Positions 57,421-64,000 of a stretch of DNA of 64,000 bases are shown in pieces (position 1 is the first letter of the stretch; each line of letters opens with the position of its first letter). The position numbers and the translations under genes are program-made. Source of the DNA: an uncultured bacterium (lineage in GTDB: Bacteria > Abyssobacteria > SURF-5). The DNA lies in contig CAZSKP010000006.1 in NCBI GenBank assembly GCA_964607485.1, positions 11,344-75,343 on the forward strand. The letters are read 5' to 3'. The notes beneath the pieces were generated by a model that was not told where the DNA came from, made no database searches, and saw only the letters and a program-made list of their open reading frames with translations.

Positions 57421-58634
57421 GCCTTATCACGGAGGCGCTCAACAAATTAGACGACCGGATGAGGCCCGGAGACGTGGACGCGCACGGTGGAGACGACGCC
57501 GAGCCGATTCCCATCGCTCGCAGGCAGACTGCAAGGAAGAAAAGAAAGAAGGCGCTCTATCTTATTCCGGCCGCTCTTCTCATTATCGCAATCGGAGGCT
57601 TTCTCTCACTGAAATTCTTCGTGAAGCACCGGCCCGACAGAACCGTCGTGGCTCGGCAAGTCGAATCGAACAACGGAAGAAACGCTCCTGAAACCGGCGT
57701 GCCGGCAGTATCACAGCCTCCGGCGCAGGACGAACCGGCCGACCCGGCGGCGAGTGAGCCACAGGATGCCTCCCAAGAACCATCCGCGCCGCCGGTTGAA
57801 GAAGCGGCAGCGGCGGCGACACCGCCGACAGCAGAACCGACTCCGTCTTCATCCGTCGAGAACCCCGGTTCCGAGACCCCCGTTGCCATTAACGAGGGAA
57901 CGGTTGCAACCGAGGAACCGATTGCAGAAGAGCAAACCCCCTCCGAACCACCGGCCGAGGCCGCCATCGAAGAAGCGGAAGAGCATGATGCTGAAACAGC
58001 GTCGAGTCTTGTAACCGTATCGGCGACAGAGTCGATGCGTCAGAAATTTGCGGAGGCCTTCGACCGCGCGGTCGCTTATCATAGAGCCAAGGACTACTTC
58101 AACGCTCTCAGTTGCTACAAGCAATGTCTATCTATCAATCCCGATGCGTCGGATGTGTATGCGAACATGGGAATCATATGCACCATCATGGAAGATTATG
58201 ACGCCGCAATTTCCCATCTGAAGAAGGCTTTGAGCATAGACCCCAAGAACCCAACAGCGCATAACAACCTCGGAGTCATCTACCTGCAACGCAACGACAA
58301 TAAACATGCGTTCGCAGAATTTGAGTCGGCCCTGACTCAGAATCCCGACAACCCGGAAAGCTGTGTCAACCTTGGACTCGCCTGCATGGGACTGGGGCGT
58401 CCGAGCGGGGCGGCCCAGGCGTTTGAAGCGGCCTTGCGGCTTGCGCCCGCTCAGCCGGATGCGCATTACAATTATGCCCTGCTCCTGGACAGGCAAGGCG
58501 ACTATGAGGAAGCTATCCACCATTACTCGCAGTTTGTCCAATGGGCCGAGAAGAACGAACCCCGGAGCGTCCAACAGGTGCGAAACCGAATTCTGTATCT
58601 CCAGAAGAAACGCCTCTCGCACGAAAGCCACTAA
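57417..58634 (+). CDS. Membrane-anchored TPR protein (MshN/ExeB-like)
   Basis: MSLITEAL, TM, Pro/Ala/Glu-rich linker, several TPR repeats (AHNNLG, AHYNYA). Confidence 0.85.
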   Translation: MSLITEALNKLDDRMRPGDVDAHGGDDAEPIPIARRQTARKKRKKALYLIPAALLIIAIGGFLSLKFFVKHRPDRTVVARQVESNNGRNAPETGVPAVSQPPAQDEPADPAASEPQDASQEPSAPPVEEAAAAATPPTAEPTPSSSVENPGSETPVAINEGTVATEEPIAEEQTPSEPPAEAAIEEAEEHDAETASSLVTVSATESMRQKFAEAFDRAVAYHRAKDYFNALSCYKQCLSINPDASDVYANMGIICTIMEDYDAAISHLKKALSIDPKNPTAHNNLGVIYLQRNDNKHAFAEFESALTQNPDNPESCVNLGLACMGLGRPSGAAQAFEAALRLAPAQPDAHYNYALLLDRQGDYEEAIHHYSQFVQWAEKNEPRSVQQVRNRILYLQKKRLSHESH

Positions 58635-58645
58635 GGAGAACCGAG

Positions 58646-60196
58646 TTGATTGAGGATATCAATGTAAAAAGACTGCTCGCTGAATCGGACAATCTTCCCA
58701 CAATGCCGGCAGTAGCCAGCCAGCTCTTGGTAATCACAGAGTGGGAGAATGTGGACTTGGGCAAGGTGGCGGAGACGATAAGCAAGGATGTCTCGCTCAC
58801 CTCCAAGATCCTGCGCGTAGTCAACTCGCCCTTCTACGGGCTGGGGCAGGAAATAAGCACCATATCGCAGGCGCTGGTAGTGCTCGGGGCACGGGCCACG
58901 CGGTCGCTTACTCTCAGCTTTTCCATATTGACGATGTGCAAGGGCGACGGGACGTCTCGGTTTGATTATCCCGGCTTCTGGACACGGTCGCTCAACACGG
59001 CGGCCGTTGCGCGCGAACTTGCGTTCGCTGTGGGGCTTCGGACAGAGGAAGAGGCCTTCCTCGCAGGGCTGTTACAGAACATGGGCGTCATGGTGGTCGC
59101 CCGATGTGTTCCACAATTGTATGCTCGCGTCGTCGGGGAAGCCGGAGACAAACTCGCGCCTTCGCTTGAGGCGGAGAGAGAGCACCTGGGCATCGACCAC
59201 GTCGAGGTGGCCAAATTGCTTTTCGAGAAATGGAATCTGCCGGCCTCGCTGTGCATACCGATCTTCTACCACCACACCCCGGAGAAAGCGAATAACGCCG
59301 AGGGCCAGACGCTTACCTCGATTCGCATCCAATATTTTGCGGGACGCGTCGGAGAGTGGCTGTATAGCCACGACGGCGACGACGCATTGCTGCAAGAACT
59401 TAAGAAAGAAGCGTCACAGTATTTCGATATTTCTCCAAACGAATTCGAAGCGCTCATGTACCGGGTTGACACCAAGATGGAGGAGATGTCTGAGCTTTTT
59501 GAATTGAGCAAATCAAGGCCCAATACCTATGCGAATCTTCTGGAACAGGCGAATCTTAAGCTCGGCGATATCGTCAGCAAACAGGAACGCCTTCTCAGGG
59601 AGCTCGAAGCGGCCAAGGTCGAGGCGCAGACGCTCGCCGAACAGCTCCGCATAGCGAACAATAAGCTGCTTGAGGAAGCGCGGAGAGACCCGCTCACCGA
59701 CCTGCCCAACCGGCGACTGTTTGAAGAGTTCCTCCGGAAAGAACTGGAGCGTTCGATACGATACCATCATCCTATTGCGTTGTTGTTCATCGATATCGAC
59801 GACTTCAAGTCGTTGAACGACCGGTACGGGCACCTGGAGGGAGATTCGGCGCTGAGGCAGGTGGCACACGTTCTGGGGAAAGGAGTTCGCGTGAGCGACA
59901 TCGTGGCCCGCTACGGCGGGGAAGAGTTTATCGTGGCGCTTGTGGAAACCAGGAGCACCGAAGCGATGGCGGTCGCCGAACGGCTCAGGCGCTCCATCGA
60001 GGAGACGCCGATTCATTCCAGTGAAGGTGACACGCCCATACGCCTGACCGCGAGCATAGGCGCAACGACGTGGGAACCCCCCAGCCAGCCCGTGAGCATA
60101 GACGAGCTCATAGAAGAGGCCGACCGCGCCATGTATCGGGCCAAGAAAGCGGGAAAAAATTGCGTTGTAACTGAAAATGAGCAGGTCCCGCAGTAG
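58646..60196 (+). CDS. HDOD-GGDEF diguanylate cyclase
   Basis: TTG after AAGGAG; LPTMP, ILRVVNSPFYG, HHTP; DPLTDLPNRR, DIDDFK, RVSD (RxxD I-site) then RYGGEEF. Confidence 0.92.
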   Translation: MIEDINVKRLLAESDNLPTMPAVASQLLVITEWENVDLGKVAETISKDVSLTSKILRVVNSPFYGLGQEISTISQALVVLGARATRSLTLSFSILTMCKGDGTSRFDYPGFWTRSLNTAAVARELAFAVGLRTEEEAFLAGLLQNMGVMVVARCVPQLYARVVGEAGDKLAPSLEAEREHLGIDHVEVAKLLFEKWNLPASLCIPIFYHHTPEKANNAEGQTLTSIRIQYFAGRVGEWLYSHDGDDALLQELKKEASQYFDISPNEFEALMYRVDTKMEEMSELFELSKSRPNTYANLLEQANLKLGDIVSKQERLLRELEAAKVEAQTLAEQLRIANNKLLEEARRDPLTDLPNRRLFEEFLRKELERSIRYHHPIALLFIDIDDFKSLNDRYGHLEGDSALRQVAHVLGKGVRVSDIVARYGGEEFIVALVETRSTEAMAVAERLRRSIEETPIHSSEGDTPIRLTASIGATTWEPPSQPVSIDELIEEADRAMYRAKKAGKNCVVTENEQVPQ

Positions 60197-60347
60197 CGGC
60201 CCAGAGCAGCCGCAGTCCATCCCAACCCCGGGATCCACCGGCAAAAGCGAGAATCCCATCCCTCATACCCGCCTCGCCCCTCTTTTTCCGCAATGAAGGA
60301 AAACCAAGAAAAGAACGGCCTATTGCCCAAAAAAACAAGTACCTATT

Positions 60348-60453
60348 TGTCATTCTGATCGAAGCGAAGAATCTCTGTTTTGAGATGAACATTTCCAGAA
60401 AAGCGAGAGATTCTTCGTCGCCCGGGTCTGCGACCCTTCGCTCCTCAGAATGA
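60348..60453. repeat. REP-like bipartite palindrome
   Basis: TGTCATTCTGATCGAAGCGAAGAATCTC ... GAGATTCTTCG...CTCAGAATGA, with an insertion in the right arm. Confidence 0.75.
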
Positions 60454-60532
60454 GAGTTCTGATAGACTTAGGAAACAAGAACCTGTTTGCGCAACACGCC
60501 GAAAAAAGGAGATTTTTCCGTCGATTTAGGGC

Positions 60533-60592
60533 TTGACAGCCGGCCGGTTTGGTGGTATAATGACACTGCGACGATATTATGACATAGTGTCA
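60533..60592 (+). promoter_or_regulatory. Consensus sigma70 promoter plus TetR-type operators
   Basis: TTGACA (60533)-17 nt-TATAAT (60556) with TG extension; TGACA-TAG-TGTCA palindrome (60580-60592) and a degenerate copy TGACACTGCGACG (60561). Confidence 0.85.
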
Positions 60593-60605
60593 GAGGAGGC
60601 TCTGC

Positions 60606-61229
60606 ATGGCCAGACGGCATAGGATTGAACAAGAGAGGCAGGCGAGGATGGACCTCATCCTCGATAGCGCCGAGAAACTCTTCATAGAAAAGGGTTACAA
60701 CGATACTTCCATGAACGACATCGGCGAACGTGCCGATTTCAGCCGTACGTCGGTCTATCAATATTTCAGCAGCAAGGAGGAAATATACCTCTGCATCCTC
60801 GAGCAGTACAACGAATTGCTCACCGACCGTGTCGCCGAGGCCACCGCCAACGCGCTCACCACGCCTGATAAGATCAGGGCCTTTCTCGAAGAGATACGGA
60901 AGATGATAAAGGAGAAGCCGAATTTCTTCGGGCTGTATTTCATCCAGAGGCACCAGGTGGAACCGCGATTGTCTGAGGAACTCAGGGCACGGCTCAATAC
61001 AGAGCGGAGAAGGCTTGAGAACGTTTTCCGCGATTTCTATCGGGAGGGAGTCGAGAGGGGCGAGGTCCGCAACATAGGCGTCAAGGATGCCTCGAACCTC
61101 TTTTTTGCGCAGATCATGGGCATGATGTTGCTGCACGAGTACTACGGGAAAGAGTTCGATGTGACGCTCGACGAACACCTTGATAAGTCGCTTCAACTGT
61201 ATCTTGAGTTCGTCGAGAAGGTGGATTAA
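60606..61229 (+). CDS. TetR/AcrR-family regulator
   Basis: ILDSAEKLF..KGY..TSM.DI..ADFSRTSVYQYF.SKEEI. Confidence 0.93.
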   Translation: MARRHRIEQERQARMDLILDSAEKLFIEKGYNDTSMNDIGERADFSRTSVYQYFSSKEEIYLCILEQYNELLTDRVAEATANALTTPDKIRAFLEEIRKMIKEKPNFFGLYFIQRHQVEPRLSEELRARLNTERRRLENVFRDFYREGVERGEVRNIGVKDASNLFFAQIMGMMLLHEYYGKEFDVTLDEHLDKSLQLYLEFVEKVD

Positions 61230-61254
61230 CCGGGCAGAGGGGGAGGTAATTGTC

Positions 61255-63723
61255 ATGGAACAGGCTGTTGCAGAGATACTATCGCCGCAAGAGGAGAGAA
61301 TAGAGCGAGGGGAGCCCATCGGGCTTGTCGGCGAGGACGCCCAGAGGAAACGAGCCAGAATCCACAAGATGCTGGAAGGTTTCAGGGACAAGCCGATAAG
61401 AATGAACCTGGAGAGGGCGCGCCTTCTTACGCAGTCATTCAAAGAAACCGAGGGCCAGCCGGTGGTGTTGAGGTGGGGCAAGGCCATGGCCCACATATTG
61501 CGCAACTTCCCCATTCATATCGACGAGGATGAATTGATCGTGGGCAGCGCCGGACCTCCCGGACGCTATGCCGTCTTCTTCCCGGAACTGGAGGAAAAGT
61601 TCTTCTCGCAGGAAGTCCGTCCGAGCGAACCGGACGAGCCGCTAGCGCTGACGGAGGAAGACGTACGAATTATCAACGAGGAGCTCAGACCTTATTGGGA
61701 AGGCAAGCAGTATCACACGGCGTACGTGAACGCCCTGCCCGAGGATACCCGCCGCCTGCTGGAACTGTATTGCATCGTCACCCCCACCGCGACGGCCCGC
61801 ACAAGCCTGGCATGGAACCACGACTATGAGAAGGTGCTCAAGCGAGGCCTCAGGGGATTCAAACAGGAGGCCGAGGAGAAGCTGGCCTCGCTCGACCCGC
61901 TGAATCCGAAGGACAAGCTGGAGAAAGAACCCTTCCTGAAGGCCGTGATACTTGTCTGCGACGCTATTGTCGAGTTCGCCAAGAGATACGCCGAGCTCGC
62001 GAGAAGCATGGCCAAAGATGAAGCGGACGAGGAAAGAAAGCGGGAGCTTCTGAACATCGCCGAGGTCTGCGAATGGGTTCCCGAAAATCCGGCCAGGACG
62101 TTTCACGAGGCCGTTCAGTCGCAATGGTTGATTCAGACCGTGTCCCGGCTCGAACAGCGCATCGGCGGAACGGTCGGCAACGGAAGGATCGACCAGTACT
62201 TCTATCCTTATTATAAGAAAGATATCGAGGAAGGTCGGATTACGAAGGACAAAGCGCTCGAGCTTATAGAATGCCTGTGGATCGGCATGGCAAAGAACGT
62301 CGAGATATACACGGCGCCGGGCAGCCTGTCCTTCACCGATGGGTACGCCCATTGGGAAGCGACCACGATAGGCGGCGTGACAAAAGAAGGAGAGGACGCG
62401 ACCAACGAGCTGTCCTACCTGATGCTCGAATCGAAGCGCGAATTCCCCCTCAACTATCCCGACCTCGCCGCGCGGATACACGCGCAGACACCCGAACCGT
62501 TCCTCCACGCAATCGCCGAGACGATAAAGGAAGGTACCGGCTTCCCCAAGCTTTTCTTCGACGAAGAGATCATTCCTCTTTTTCTCGCCAAAGGCGGGCA
62601 GGTGGAGGAGGCGAACGACTATTGCATATGCGGCTGCACCGAGGCGAAGATGCTGAACCGTGACGCGGTCTCGACCGGATGCGCCTGGACCAACCTGGGC
62701 GCCGTCGTCGAGATGACGCTCAATGACGGCAAGCTGAAACTGTTCGGCGAGCAGCAGATAGGCGTCAGCACCGGCGACGCGAGAAAGTTCGCCTCGTACG
62801 ACGACCTTTGGAACGCCTTCTGCCGCCAGGGCGAGAACGTCATGAAGCATACGTTCGTCCAGCAGTACGTCGCCGATACGCTCAAGTCGCGCTTCATCGC
62901 GGCGCCGATGTCGTCGATGCTCCACGACCTCTGCATGAAAGAGTGCAAGGACATGCATTCGGGTCCAATCGACGGGGCTCTCTACCTCGGGTTCATCGAC
63001 ACGCTCGGCTTTGCCACCGCGATAGATTCGCTGGCCGCCATAAAGAAACTCGTGTTCGACGACAAGAAGCTGACGATGGCCGAGCTGCTGGACGCGGTGG
63101 ACGCCAACTTCGACGGGAAAGAGGCCATAAGGCAGATGTGCCTGAACGCCCCCAAGTACGGCAACAACGACCCATACGCCGATTCGATAGGCCGCGACAT
63201 CGAGGAGTTCTTCGTCAAGCTGACCCGCAGGTACAAGTCGGCGTTCGGCGGGGAACTGGACATACGATACGTCACCATCACGGCGCATGTGCCGTTCGGA
63301 GCCGTGCTGGGCGCGACGCCCGACGGAAGGAAGGCGGGCGAGCCCATAGCCGAGGGTGTCAGCCCCTCTCAAGGCGCCGACAGGAAGGGGCCGACCGCGA
63401 GCCTCGCCTCCATCGCGAAGACCAAGGCGGCGGGCTACAAGGAGCGCGCGGCAAGGCTGCTGAACATGAAGCTGTCGCCGTCGGCGGTGGCGGGTAAAGA
63501 TGGCAGCAAGAAACTAATGTCGCTCATGAGGACCGCGTGCGACCTGAAAATGTGGCACCTGCAGTTCAACATCATCAACAGGGACACGCTCATCGCCGCG
63601 CAGAAAGACCCCGAAAAATATCGGGACCTGCTCGTCCGTGTCGCCGGCTACAGCGCGTACTTCGTGGACCTGACGCCGCAGCTTCAGGACGAGATAATAA
63701 AGAGAACGGAACACAGCTTTTAG
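61255..63723 (+). CDS. Glycyl radical enzyme, IslA/HpsG (sulfonate C-S lyase) clade, variant active site
   Basis: RVAGYSAYF (radical Gly), CGCTE (Cys loop), GYAHWEATTIGG, SKREFPLNYPDLAARIH, ERAARL, CDLKMWHLQFN; ATG after GGAGG. Confidence 0.9.
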   Translation: MEQAVAEILSPQEERIERGEPIGLVGEDAQRKRARIHKMLEGFRDKPIRMNLERARLLTQSFKETEGQPVVLRWGKAMAHILRNFPIHIDEDELIVGSAGPPGRYAVFFPELEEKFFSQEVRPSEPDEPLALTEEDVRIINEELRPYWEGKQYHTAYVNALPEDTRRLLELYCIVTPTATARTSLAWNHDYEKVLKRGLRGFKQEAEEKLASLDPLNPKDKLEKEPFLKAVILVCDAIVEFAKRYAELARSMAKDEADEERKRELLNIAEVCEWVPENPARTFHEAVQSQWLIQTVSRLEQRIGGTVGNGRIDQYFYPYYKKDIEEGRITKDKALELIECLWIGMAKNVEIYTAPGSLSFTDGYAHWEATTIGGVTKEGEDATNELSYLMLESKREFPLNYPDLAARIHAQTPEPFLHAIAETIKEGTGFPKLFFDEEIIPLFLAKGGQVEEANDYCICGCTEAKMLNRDAVSTGCAWTNLGAVVEMTLNDGKLKLFGEQQIGVSTGDARKFASYDDLWNAFCRQGENVMKHTFVQQYVADTLKSRFIAAPMSSMLHDLCMKECKDMHSGPIDGALYLGFIDTLGFATAIDSLAAIKKLVFDDKKLTMAELLDAVDANFDGKEAIRQMCLNAPKYGNNDPYADSIGRDIEEFFVKLTRRYKSAFGGELDIRYVTITAHVPFGAVLGATPDGRKAGEPIAEGVSPSQGADRKGPTASLASIAKTKAAGYKERAARLLNMKLSPSAVAGKDGSKKLMSLMRTACDLKMWHLQFNIINRDTLIAAQKDPEKYRDLLVRVAGYSAYFVDLTPQLQDEIIKRTEHSF

Positions 63724-63746
63724 GTATTACTCGGAGCAGTTATTAG

Positions 63747-63830
63747 TGTCATTCTGAGCGTAGCGAAGAATGTCAGAGATTACGTCAGGTGCGGAGAAAG
63801 ACGAGATCCTTCACTTCGTTCAGGATGACG
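63747..63830. repeat. REP-like bipartite palindrome
   Basis: TGTCATTCTGAGCGTAGCGAAGAAT ... GAGATCCTTCACTTCGTTCAGGATGACG; right arm identical to the one at 49510-49537. Confidence 0.85.
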
Positions 63831-63882
63831 AAAGTGGGCAGGGCTGCCAATAGTAAGGCAGTTCACTGAGGGCATTGAGGAG

Positions 63883-63908
63883 GTGGGGGCGCACGGCGGT
63901 GCGCCCTC
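63883..63908. repeat. Short REP-like hairpin of a different family
   Basis: GTGG-GGGCGCAC-GGCG-GTGCGCCC-TC. Confidence 0.5.
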
Positions 63909-64000
63909 GCCGCAATCCGCATGAAACACAGAGCCGAAAACTCCAGCCGTCGAGATGGCGAGCTTGGACTCGTCTTCAACATACAGAAATTTTCCCTCCA

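Noticed and set aside
61255-63723. Pyruvate formate-lyase or a plain islA assignment
   Set aside because: There is no adjacent Cys-Cys pair as in PFL, and several IslA pocket residues appear changed, so no gene symbol was given.

Overview
A 64-kb, GC-rich chromosomal segment from an anaerobic bacterium. The DUF1559/H-X9-DG protein, the Thr-type sulfatase-like protein and the deltaproteobacterial-style metabolism are compatible with a Hydrogenedentota/Abyssubacteria-like lineage, but that is inference only. In order, the window holds: tRNA-Ser(CGA); a probably inactive thermonuclease; system II cytochrome c maturation (ccsA/resB); polyprenyl synthase; lpdA; a two-aminotransferase + BKACE + VOC catabolic cluster; a CouMNO/Phd-like SDR-MaoC-amidohydrolase cluster; a porin-amtB-glnK operon with a leader terminator; iscU plus an IscS lacking the PLP lysine; a DsrMK-like pair; a GT-C glycosyltransferase; an AT-richer type II RM pair; an HTH_17/VIT-vWA/H-X9-DG/C39-peptidase operon whose promoter carries five exactly 10-bp-phased repeats; a TetR-controlled ABC-2 exporter; a CDF transporter; a sulfatase-like protein; a sigma54/IHF-driven T2SS/MSHA-like pilus operon ending in an HDOD-GGDEF gene; and a TetR-controlled glycyl radical enzyme of the IslA/HpsG (C-S lyase) clade with an altered substrate pocket. 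Several REP/MITE-like palindrome families punctuate the intergenic DNA. The best novelty candidates are the variant IslA-like GRE, the HTH-VIT-vWA-pilin-like-peptidase operon and the Lys-less IscS. All family calls come from reading motifs by eye; no searches were run.
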